From contig CAYHJF010000005.1 in the NCBI GenBank assembly GCA_964356915.1, positions 1 through 58,331 of the forward strand: 58,331 bases of DNA, written 5' to 3'. The stretch is from an uncultured Candidatus Saccharibacteria bacterium (lineage in GTDB: Bacteria > Patescibacteriota > Minisyncoccia > Ryanbacterales > GWA2-47-10b). A program made the translations under genes and the position numbers. This document shows positions 27,555-35,934 of this stretch, in pieces. The stretch's first letter is position 1; each line of letters starts with the position of its first letter. The notes beneath the pieces are model-generated. The model had not been told where the DNA came from. It saw only the letters and a list, made by a program, of their open reading frames with translations, and searched no databases.

Positions 27555-29243
27555 ATGACGCACGAACAGTTGCACGAATTACTGGTTACGCCCGGACACG
27601 TACGGGAGGAGGACTTTCAAGCGGCGCTCGCGGAGGCGGGATCGTCTAAAAAGGCGCCTCTCGAGGTTCTGGTTGATAAAGGACTTGTAAAAGATGAGCA
27701 AGTTGGACAACTTATCGCGGGATCTTTAGGGATGCCCTTTGTAAATTTGCGCGAAGAAAAGATCGAAGAGGTTTTACTGAATGTAGTTCCCGAGCTCGTC
27801 GCCCGATCAAAAGAGATTATTGTTTTTGGGCGTGCTCAGGGTGGACCGAAAATTGCTACCGCGCATCCTGAAGATATAGAGACGATTCATTTTATTGAAA
27901 AGCGTTTGGGGGAAAAAGCTCTTGTGTATTACGCAACCTCACTCGACCTTCATAACGCATTGTCTCGCTACAAGACCGGGCTCAAGGACGCATTTCAGGG
28001 AACACTGACAAAGCTTGAAGGTGAGACATTGTCTCGCGAAGAGCAGGATGAGGGTATCGTGGCACTTGTTGATACGCTTCTGCGATACGGATATGAATCA
28101 AAGGTTTCAGATATTCATGTCGAGCCACATAAAGAACAGGGCGTGATACGATTTCGCATTGATGGCATTATGCATGACGTTCTGACGATTCCCGCGCGAC
28201 TTCTTGAGTCTATTATCACGCGTATCAAGGTGCTTGCAAAAATGCGAACGGATGAACATCGCGCCGCACAAGATGGTAAGTTGACTTTTCAAGCAGAGGA
28301 CGATGAGACGGTTGACGTGCGCGTTTCATCGGTGCCGATCACGAATGGTGAGAATATTGTCATGCGTATTTTGTCGGCGAAATCGCGCCAGTATAATATT
28401 GCCGACATAGGACTTTCAGAAGAAGATCTCGTAAAAGTAGAACGCTCTATCGATGACCCACACGGAATGATTTTAGTGACAGGTCCTACAGGGTCGGGTA
28501 AGACGACGACTGTGTATGCCATGCTCAAGATTTTGAATACGCGTGATGTACATATCGCGACCATCGAAGATCCTGTCGAGTATGATATTGAGGGGATCAG
28601 TCAAATTCAGGTAAATCAACGAACGGATTTAACTTTTGCAAAAGGTCTCCGCGCGATCGTGCGTCAAGACCCCGATATCATCATGGTAGGTGAAATCCGA
28701 GATGAAGAGACTGCGGGTATCGCAGTTAACTCTGCGATGACGGGTCATCTTGTGTTATCGACACTACATGCCAATGATGCTGCTACGACGCTCCCACGTT
28801 TGCTCGACATGGGTATCGAGCCGTTTTTAGTTTCCTCTACGGTAAATATTATTATTGCTCAACGTTTGGTTCGAAAGATTTGTGATAAGTGCCGTGTTTC
28901 GTATCCTGCAAGTGAAGCGGAGGATCACATGATTCGCTCAACTCCGCATATTGCTGAAGCATTTGGTGCTACTCGTCTTAAGGCGCTTCCGAAGACTCGT
29001 TTTTATAAAGGATCAGGATGCAATGTATGTAGTCAGACGGGGTATCTTGGACGCGTGGGTATTTTTGAAGTACTTATGATGGATGATGAGATAAAAGCAC
29101 TTGTAACAAAGCGCGCAACCTCACCGGAGATTATCAAGCTTGCACGTGAGCGTGGTATGGCAACTATGATGGAAGATGGCATTAGAAAGGCGATCGCCGG
29201 AATCACAACCCTGGACGAAGTGGTTCGGGCAACAATGGAATAA
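27555..29243 (+). CDS. pilB: Type IV pilus / type II secretion assembly ATPase (PilB/GspE family)
   Basis: It has an N-terminal GspE-N domain, Walker A 'GPTGSGKTT', an Asp box, Walker B 'IIMVGEIRD', and the tetracysteine motif 'CDKC...CNVC'. Confidence 0.9.
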   Translation: MTHEQLHELLVTPGHVREEDFQAALAEAGSSKKAPLEVLVDKGLVKDEQVGQLIAGSLGMPFVNLREEKIEEVLLNVVPELVARSKEIIVFGRAQGGPKIATAHPEDIETIHFIEKRLGEKALVYYATSLDLHNALSRYKTGLKDAFQGTLTKLEGETLSREEQDEGIVALVDTLLRYGYESKVSDIHVEPHKEQGVIRFRIDGIMHDVLTIPARLLESIITRIKVLAKMRTDEHRAAQDGKLTFQAEDDETVDVRVSSVPITNGENIVMRILSAKSRQYNIADIGLSEEDLVKVERSIDDPHGMILVTGPTGSGKTTTVYAMLKILNTRDVHIATIEDPVEYDIEGISQIQVNQRTDLTFAKGLRAIVRQDPDIIMVGEIRDEETAGIAVNSAMTGHLVLSTLHANDAATTLPRLLDMGIEPFLVSSTVNIIIAQRLVRKICDKCRVSYPASEAEDHMIRSTPHIAEAFGATRLKALPKTRFYKGSGCNVCSQTGYLGRVGIFEVLMMDDEIKALVTKRATSPEIIKLARERGMATMMEDGIRKAIAGITTLDEVVRATME

Positions 29244-29246
29244 TAT

Positions 29247-29978
29247 ATGGCAAAAAAATCAAAATCTCGCCTTACCGCTAATATGAAAAATATCACCGAA
29301 GTTACATCGGTGATTTCGCATCAGTTAAAGACACCGCTTGCAGGTATCAAGTCTGCGCTCGAAGTATTATTGTCGGGTGATTTAGGCTCATTAAATAAAG
29401 ATCAGCAAGAATACGTTACGCTTGCGCTTTCGAGCGCTGCAAAAATGATTGGTCTTGTAAAAAATCTTCTCGATGCTTCCCGTATTGATGAGAAGCGAAT
29501 GCAGCTGACACTTACGAAAGCAGACTTCGGAAAAATTGTTGAAAGAGTTATTGGAGATCTTGAAAGTTTTGCGCGTGCAAAAAATTCACAGATTATCACT
29601 CGCATCGAATCAAATCTACCAGTACTTTCCATTGATGAGACAAAGATACAAGAGGTTGTTAATAATCTTGTGTTTAATGCTATTCGATATACGAGAGGCA
29701 AAGGGAGTATTGTCGTCGCAGTTTCAAAAAAAGGAGGAAATCTTTTATTCTCGTGTGCTGACAATGGCATTGGCATGACCCCGTCAGAACAAAAAAATAT
29801 TTTTAAGAAGTTTTATCGAAGCCCGCGTGTCGTAGAGCTCGCAACAGAGGGTTCCGGGTTAGGGCTCTTTATATCCCGCGCGATCATACGTCAGAGTGGT
29901 GGAAAAGTATGGTTTGAGAGCAAGCAAAACCAAGGAACAACATTTTATTTCACCTTACCGATAAAACCGATACAATAG
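29247..29978 (+). CDS. Cytoplasmic (sensorless) histidine kinase
   Basis: The H-box is 'ISHQLKTPL', the N-box 'VVNNLVFNAIRYT', G1 'DNGIGM' and G2 'GSGLGL'. There is no TM or input domain ahead of the DHp helix. Confidence 0.85.
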   Translation: MAKKSKSRLTANMKNITEVTSVISHQLKTPLAGIKSALEVLLSGDLGSLNKDQQEYVTLALSSAAKMIGLVKNLLDASRIDEKRMQLTLTKADFGKIVERVIGDLESFARAKNSQIITRIESNLPVLSIDETKIQEVVNNLVFNAIRYTRGKGSIVVAVSKKGGNLLFSCADNGIGMTPSEQKNIFKKFYRSPRVVELATEGSGLGLFISRAIIRQSGGKVWFESKQNQGTTFYFTLPIKPIQ

Positions 29979-29982
29979 AACT

Positions 29983-30396
29983 ATGAGTACGCCAGAACAA
30001 CAAGAACCGAAACATAAGATTCTTTTAATTGAGGATGATAAGTTTTTAATAAAACTTTATAGCGATAAGCTGACGCGGGAAGGTTTTGAGGTCAGCATGG
30101 CGATCACAGGAGAGGAGGGACTGAGTAAAGTAAAGAGTGAAAAGCCCGAACTCATATTGCTCGATGTGATACTGCCTCAAAAAAACGGATTCGATATTCT
30201 AAGCGCTCTCAAACTCGATAGTACGACCAAGTCAATTCCGGTAGTGATGCTTACAAACTTGGGACAAGAATCTGATGTAAAGACAGGATTGGAGTTGGGG
30301 GCTGTAGATTATCTCGTAAAGACGGATTTCTCAATTACGCGGTTGCCTGAGGTGGTGCGCAAACATATTGCTCTTCATACAAAAAAAGGAAAATAA
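29983..30396 (+). CDS. Single-domain response regulator (CheY/PilH-like receiver)
   Basis: It has 'ILLIEDD', the phospho-acceptor region 'LILLDVILP', 'VVMLTN' and 'DYLVK'. There is no output domain. Confidence 0.85.
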   Translation: MSTPEQQEPKHKILLIEDDKFLIKLYSDKLTREGFEVSMAITGEEGLSKVKSEKPELILLDVILPQKNGFDILSALKLDSTTKSIPVVMLTNLGQESDVKTGLELGAVDYLVKTDFSITRLPEVVRKHIALHTKKGK

Positions 30397-30405
30397 CATC
30401 ACATA

Positions 30406-31482
30406 ATGCAACGCAACGTTCTTCATACAGAAGTATCCATCGGGGGCGTCTCACTCGCAGAGCGCGCGCTTTTTGCTAAACACTTGGCGATTATGCTCAA
30501 GTCGGGACTAACTGTCACTGAGGCTCTCGAGATCGCGCAGGATGCTTCGTCGGGGAAACTCAAGCGCACGATCGGACATGTGCGTCTGTCGGTTGAATCG
30601 GGTCGAACGTTGTCACAGGCGCTTGCAGAGCATACTCGGATATTTTCTCCACTCTTCGTACAAGCTACGTATGCGGGAGAGGTGAGCGGCACACTTGTCG
30701 AAAATCTTGAGAATATTGCTCTCGAGCTCGAAAAAGAGAAAGAGCTCGTTGCAAAAGTAAAGGGAGCATTGATTTATCCAGTCGTGGTACTTGTTGCATC
30801 ATTTTTTCTCGCAATGGGTCTTACATTTTTTATCTTGCCCAAAATCGTTCCTTTGTTTGAAGGATTAAAGGTAGATCTGCCCGTGACAACGCGCGCGCTG
30901 ATTATATTTGCGCATGCGGTTGAGAATAATGGCATTATGCTTTTTGGTGGTACGTTTGGTGGGGCGCTCGCGCTTTCAATATTATTACGTCAGCGTTTTA
31001 TGCAGCCTATTACGCACATGGCACTTCTTCACATGCCAATTTTGAAGCCGATTGTACGCGGGGCAAATCTAACTCGTTTTTCAAGAACGCTTGGCATGTT
31101 GATTAAGAGTGGTGTAACGATTGATGAGGCGCTTGAGATTACAAAAAATTCGATGGGGAATTATTATTATCGTCAGTCACTTAGCGCGGTAAGTCATCAT
31201 ATTGGAAAGAGCGCGAAGCTCGCTGAAAGTCTTGAGCAATTTGCCTCTCTCTATCCTCCTGTGGTGACAAAGATGATTCGAGTAGGTGAGTCCTCGGGAC
31301 GTTTTGAAGAGACACTTTTATATCTTGCCGATTTTTATGAAGCAGAGATGGATAATGCAACAAAATCTCTTGCGACTGCAATCGAGCCGATCTTGCTCCT
31401 TATTATCGGAGTGGTGGTCGGAGGTCTCGCGCTCTCCATTATCACGCCGATTTATGAAATCACGGGCAATATTCAACGGTAG
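30406..31482 (+). CDS. pilC: Type IV pilus platform protein (PilC/GspF family)
   Basis: It has two GspF repeats with 3 TM segments, e.g. 'FAKHLAIMLKSGLTVTEAL' and 'FSRTLGMLIKSGVTIDEAL'. Confidence 0.9.
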   Translation: MQRNVLHTEVSIGGVSLAERALFAKHLAIMLKSGLTVTEALEIAQDASSGKLKRTIGHVRLSVESGRTLSQALAEHTRIFSPLFVQATYAGEVSGTLVENLENIALELEKEKELVAKVKGALIYPVVVLVASFFLAMGLTFFILPKIVPLFEGLKVDLPVTTRALIIFAHAVENNGIMLFGGTFGGALALSILLRQRFMQPITHMALLHMPILKPIVRGANLTRFSRTLGMLIKSGVTIDEALEITKNSMGNYYYRQSLSAVSHHIGKSAKLAESLEQFASLYPPVVTKMIRVGESSGRFEETLLYLADFYEAEMDNATKSLATAIEPILLLIIGVVVGGLALSIITPIYEITGNIQR

Positions 31483-31948
31483 AGCATTTACGCTCGTTGA
31501 GCTTGTGATTGTGATGGGCATTATGCTCGCGACACTTGTTGCCGCGACTCCCATTTACGGTAATTTATATTTTTCAACACAACTTGATGAGGCGAAGTCA
31601 GATTTAATTCAAAAGTTCCGAACCGCGCGTCAGCGAGCGGTTGCAGGTTTTGATAATAAAACGCACGGTGTGTATCTCGATATTAATTTTAGCGGAACAC
31701 AGGATCGATATATTTTGTACAGCAGGAGCGGTACATCATATGGCACGGCCGATCCAACTGATACAATTGTAGTATTAGACCAAGCGCTTCAACTTGAGCG
31801 AGATCCTGCTCAGCTTTCTTCTGCCGATATTAATTTTACAAAAGGAGGCGGAGCGCCGTCAGTGAATGGTACGTTTACTATTCGTCATGTTTCCGAGGGT
31901 ATTCGTACGATTCGCATTACGCCGCTCGGTCTTATCCGCGAACAATAA
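31454..31948 (+). CDS. Minor pilin-like protein (GspH/FimT-like)
   Basis: The prepilin-like N-terminus reads 'MKSRAIFNGRAFTLVELVIVMGIMLA'. The start overlaps the pilC 3' end. I trimmed from the track start at 31286. Confidence 0.7.
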   Translation: MKSRAIFNGRAFTLVELVIVMGIMLATLVAATPIYGNLYFSTQLDEAKSDLIQKFRTARQRAVAGFDNKTHGVYLDINFSGTQDRYILYSRSGTSYGTADPTDTIVVLDQALQLERDPAQLSSADINFTKGGGAPSVNGTFTIRHVSEGIRTIRITPLGLIREQ

Positions 31949-31952
31949 TAGT

Positions 31953-34900
31953 ATGAAGTGGAATCGAGGACAATCGATGTTTGAGATTATCGTAGCGCTT
32001 GGTATTTTTGCGCTTCTTGTTGTCGCGCTCGCTCAGTTATCTGCTGGTGGGTACACGGGATTTTTGCGTGGAGGGGAATACACGCAAGCTCAGTCACTTG
32101 TTAGTGAGGCAGTTGAGGCGTTGCGTTCGGTGCGAGAGGGCGCATGGAATGAAATTGTTGGTACGAATGTTGTTGTGTCGTTGAGTGGCGGAGCATGGCA
32201 AGTTACGAGCGGTGTTTCAGAGCTTGTTGATAATAAATATACACGCAAGATTGAACTCACGGATGTTTGCCGAGATTCTGCAGGATCAATCGTATCGTGT
32301 CCAGCGACAGGTACAAATTACAAAGATCCTTATGCGAAGCAGGCAAATATTTCTGTTTCGTGGGGGCTTGGTAATACTGCGACAACATCGCTATTGCTTA
32401 CAAACTGGGATTCAAAGGATTGGACGCAAACTGATTGGAAAGATGGGGGAGGCCAAGTTATTTGGTCTGATCCAGAAAAATATGGTTCGGGAGTAAATAC
32501 TGATCATTCATTTTCAGGGCAAATTAGTCTTGCGCCCACATTTGGTAGTGCGATAATGGCGCGTTCTGCGGGAGGTCCTGTGATTCAACAAACAACTGAG
32601 AGCGAATTTAATGCTGGAGCATTCGTAAATACGCAAGTAAGCGGACTGGGTTCCGCTGGCGCTGTAGAATTACAGAAAAGCTTTCAAATTGTGCTTGATC
32701 CTGCGAGTGGCGTTGTAACAACAAAAGGAATTAATGCAATCGGTGTCGTGCCGGGATCGGAAGAAGCGTGGGCTGTCGGGAACGGTGGACTTATCTTGCA
32801 CTATATTCCTGGGACTGGGTGGCAGTTAATTCCTTCTGTGCCTGCTCTTGCGACGCGCGATCTCAATGCTATTCACGTGATTTCTCAAAATCATTGGGTC
32901 GCTGTTGGTGGTAATGCATTTCTCGAATATCAAGACGGGATGTTTAGCGCTGTAGCCCCAACAGGTTATGTCGCAAACGGGGTTCATATGATGAATGACC
33001 ATGAAGGTTGGGCTGTAGGTCGTAATAAGTTTATAGGTGGCTATAGTGCGACATCATCGCAAATTATCATTCCTTCGACAACTGTTGACTATAACTTTAA
33101 TGATGTGTATGAACAAAATGGTATAGCTTTAGTGGCTACCCAACTATCTGGAAACGGTGCGTATACGTGGCGGGTTGCTCCTTATACTGGTTTTAGTTCT
33201 TGGCGGTTACCTGCTGGTTTAACGCAGGGCGTTCCGATGGCTATTCATGGTGATGGAACTTATTTTTGGTCTGTTGGTACGAATGGTAGAATAGATAGAA
33301 TTGTGGCCGATGGAGGTGGTTACGGAATAAACTCTTACAACGTTGCTTCCAACGCTGACCTCGAAGGCATTTTTATGGTTTCCCCAACTGATGGTTGGGC
33401 GGTTGGAAGTGGCGGGCGGATTTTTAGATTTAATGGGACATCATGGCAGTCCGTTCCTTCTCCGGCAACTACAGGGTTAAGGGATGTCGTAATGACTTCT
33501 CCTACATCCGGCTGGGTCGTTGGTTCCAGTGGAACTATTTTGAAAATAGGAGAAGTATATGTCTCCTCGGGTATATTTGAGTCGGATGTTATTGATAGTG
33601 GCAGTCAAAGTACTACATGGGATGTAACTTATTGGTCTCAATCGGTTCCAGTCGGCAGCTCGATCAGTTTGAGAGCTAGAACTGGCAATACACCAACGCC
33701 GGATGCTTCTTGGACAAATTATGGACCCAGTATGAGTCAAAATCTTTCGAGCGCTCCTCAGATAGCTCCTGGACAGTATATGCAATATCAGGCGACGCTT
33801 ACTCGAGGGGCTGACCCAAGTTTTTCTCCTGAGCTTAGCGATATTTCTTTTATTATTTTTCGTCCTCCGGTGGGGCAAGCTTTAAGTGATGTTGCTATAT
33901 TGTCTTCAAATGAAGTGTGGGCAGTTGGTAACCAGGGTAGCATTATTCATACGATAGACGGTGTAACATGGGTGCAAATAACTCCAAAACCAACGTTAAA
34001 AAATCTTTTTGGAGTTGCTTTTTTTTCTCCTAGAGATGGGTGGGCTGTTGGTGAAGCGGGTGTCATACTGCACTATGATGGGAGTAATTGGACTTCGGTT
34101 GTGTCACCCACAAATAAACAACTTAATTCAATTGTCATACTTAATGAAAACGAAGGGCGAATAGCTGGACATGATGGAACAATGCTCCGATGGAATGGAT
34201 CCGCTTGGGTTTCAGAATCTTTTCCTGTAGACAACCGTAATTTGAATGATGTTGATATTGTAGACAGCCCGACGGGTCTTATTGGTTATGCGGTAGGGAG
34301 TAGTGGTTTTATCGCAAAATATGGGAATGGAAGCTGGGGTATATTAAGTTCCGGTACATCGAAATCCTTACAGACAGTTGAAATTGTTAATTATAATGAT
34401 GTTTGGACTGGTGGTCAGGATGGAAAGACCTACCATACTATTAATGGCGGTTCTAGTTGGCCAGAGGTAGTAACGGGCATAAATTCTGATATTCGTAGTA
34501 TTGTATTTAGCAATGCTCTGAGCGGGTACGGAGTGGGAGTTAATGGTAAGATAATTCGTTATACGGGATTATGGTCATCATTAACTTCTCCAGTGACTCA
34601 GAATTTACATTCTATCGCCCTTCTCACTCCCTATAGTGGATGGATTGTCGGTGCCAACTCAACCGTTTTACAGTTTTTTACTACATACTCAATGTCAGGT
34701 TCTTTCATATCATCAGCTTTCAATATGACTGATAATTCTCCTGCTCAGATAGTTGAGTGGGATCAAGACATCCCACAAAATTGTTCTCCACCAACATGTG
34801 CCATTCGTTTGCAAATCTCTACAGCACCCGACGCGAGCGGCGTGCCGGGAGTGTGGAGTGAATGGGTAGGACCCGAAGGACTTGATGGGGACGAGACGGA

Positions 34901-35042
34901 TTATTTTATCAGCTCAAAAGGAGAATTAATTTCTGCCGCGCTCAACGGGAAACGATGGGTTCGATATCGTGTATTTCTCGATGGTGATGCTCAGCAAAAT
35001 TACACCCCAATTTTAAAAGAGGTACGGGTAAATTATAAATGA
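31953..35042 (+). CDS. Giant pilin-like protein (1029 aa): prepilin N-terminus + two beta-propeller blocks, each followed by a ~100-aa module
   Basis: The N-terminus is 'MKWNRGQSMFEIIVALGIFALLVVAL'. Thirteen W-[AVS]-V-G-x2-G-type blade motifs follow in two blocks. I trimmed to the ATG at 31953. Confidence 0.75.
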   Translation: MKWNRGQSMFEIIVALGIFALLVVALAQLSAGGYTGFLRGGEYTQAQSLVSEAVEALRSVREGAWNEIVGTNVVVSLSGGAWQVTSGVSELVDNKYTRKIELTDVCRDSAGSIVSCPATGTNYKDPYAKQANISVSWGLGNTATTSLLLTNWDSKDWTQTDWKDGGGQVIWSDPEKYGSGVNTDHSFSGQISLAPTFGSAIMARSAGGPVIQQTTESEFNAGAFVNTQVSGLGSAGAVELQKSFQIVLDPASGVVTTKGINAIGVVPGSEEAWAVGNGGLILHYIPGTGWQLIPSVPALATRDLNAIHVISQNHWVAVGGNAFLEYQDGMFSAVAPTGYVANGVHMMNDHEGWAVGRNKFIGGYSATSSQIIIPSTTVDYNFNDVYEQNGIALVATQLSGNGAYTWRVAPYTGFSSWRLPAGLTQGVPMAIHGDGTYFWSVGTNGRIDRIVADGGGYGINSYNVASNADLEGIFMVSPTDGWAVGSGGRIFRFNGTSWQSVPSPATTGLRDVVMTSPTSGWVVGSSGTILKIGEVYVSSGIFESDVIDSGSQSTTWDVTYWSQSVPVGSSISLRARTGNTPTPDASWTNYGPSMSQNLSSAPQIAPGQYMQYQATLTRGADPSFSPELSDISFIIFRPPVGQALSDVAILSSNEVWAVGNQGSIIHTIDGVTWVQITPKPTLKNLFGVAFFSPRDGWAVGEAGVILHYDGSNWTSVVSPTNKQLNSIVILNENEGRIAGHDGTMLRWNGSAWVSESFPVDNRNLNDVDIVDSPTGLIGYAVGSSGFIAKYGNGSWGILSSGTSKSLQTVEIVNYNDVWTGGQDGKTYHTINGGSSWPEVVTGINSDIRSIVFSNALSGYGVGVNGKIIRYTGLWSSLTSPVTQNLHSIALLTPYSGWIVGANSTVLQFFTTYSMSGSFISSAFNMTDNSPAQIVEWDQDIPQNCSPPTCAIRLQISTAPDASGVPGVWSEWVGPEGLDGDETDYFISSKGELISAALNGKRWVRYRVFLDGDAQQNYTPILKEVRVNYK

Positions 35043-35536
35043 GCACGAAGCGCGCATTTACGCTGATTGAGACCGTGCTTTATGTGGCGATTCTTGGAAT
35101 GATCGCAGGTAGTTTAATTTTGTTTAGTATTTCTATGTCGACGGCACGGGCGAAAGACGCGGTTATCGAAGAAGTAAATACGGGTGCGCGTAATTCGCTG
35201 GGTATTATTTCATCAAAAATTAGACAAGCGACAGCGGTAACCGTACCGCTGCCAGGAGCATCAAATACAGTTCTCGGTCTTGATATGCCTGCGCCAACGC
35301 CTGATGTTGTAATTCTCCCGTTCAATGGCGTATTAAATTATATTGATTCGGCTGTTGGAGCTCAACAGATGACAAGTAATAATGTGCGTGTAAAAAATAT
35401 TCTTTTCCAAAATGTAGCGAGTGCGGGAGAGCGTGATGCATTAAAGATTACGCTGACCCTTCAGGTGAATGCGTCTAGTTCCCCGGAGTTTAATTATGAG
35501 CAGACAGTTTCAACAACTGTTATGACGCATTTATGA
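35039..35536 (+). CDS. Minor pilin-like protein
   Basis: The N-terminus is 'MSTKRAFTLIETVLYVAILGMIAG'. It shares an ATGA overlap with the upstream gene. Confidence 0.75.
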   Translation: MSTKRAFTLIETVLYVAILGMIAGSLILFSISMSTARAKDAVIEEVNTGARNSLGIISSKIRQATAVTVPLPGASNTVLGLDMPAPTPDVVILPFNGVLNYIDSAVGAQQMTSNNVRVKNILFQNVASAGERDALKITLTLQVNASSSPEFNYEQTVSTTVMTHL

Positions 35537-35934
35537 ACAAGGGAGTTGCTGCATTAATCATTATCTTTGTTATCGGTGGTGCTGCTTTTTTGATGGTATA
35601 TCGAAATGCATTTTTAGGTTTAGGGGAACTTGAAAATGGCATTACGTATACAGGGGAACAGCGCATGATTGCAATGACAGAGGGTTGCATGGAGGAGGCG
35701 CTGTTGAGACTTCGAAGATCGGCTACGTATACCGGCGGTACGTTACAGATTACAGGCGGATCGTGTACAATATCTGTAACAGGAGCTGGGAGTAATCGTA
35801 CTATTACAACAACTGCACGCATGGCAGGGACATCGCCGTATTGCAGACAAATTGAATCACAAGTTACGCGTACAGGTTTTACTATTACCCTTGGTACGTG
35901 GGTTGAGAAAACAAACTGGGTTACAGCATGTTAG
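35533..35934 (+). CDS. Pilus-associated small protein with an N-terminal TM (PilX/ComGG-like, no E5)
   Basis: The N-terminus 'MNKGVAALIIIFVIGGAAFLMVY' is followed by a beta-rich body with 'GGSCTISVTG...'. It overlaps both neighbours. Confidence 0.5.
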   Translation: MNKGVAALIIIFVIGGAAFLMVYRNAFLGLGELENGITYTGEQRMIAMTEGCMEEALLRLRRSATYTGGTLQITGGSCTISVTGAGSNRTITTTARMAGTSPYCRQIESQVTRTGFTITLGTWVEKTNWVTAC

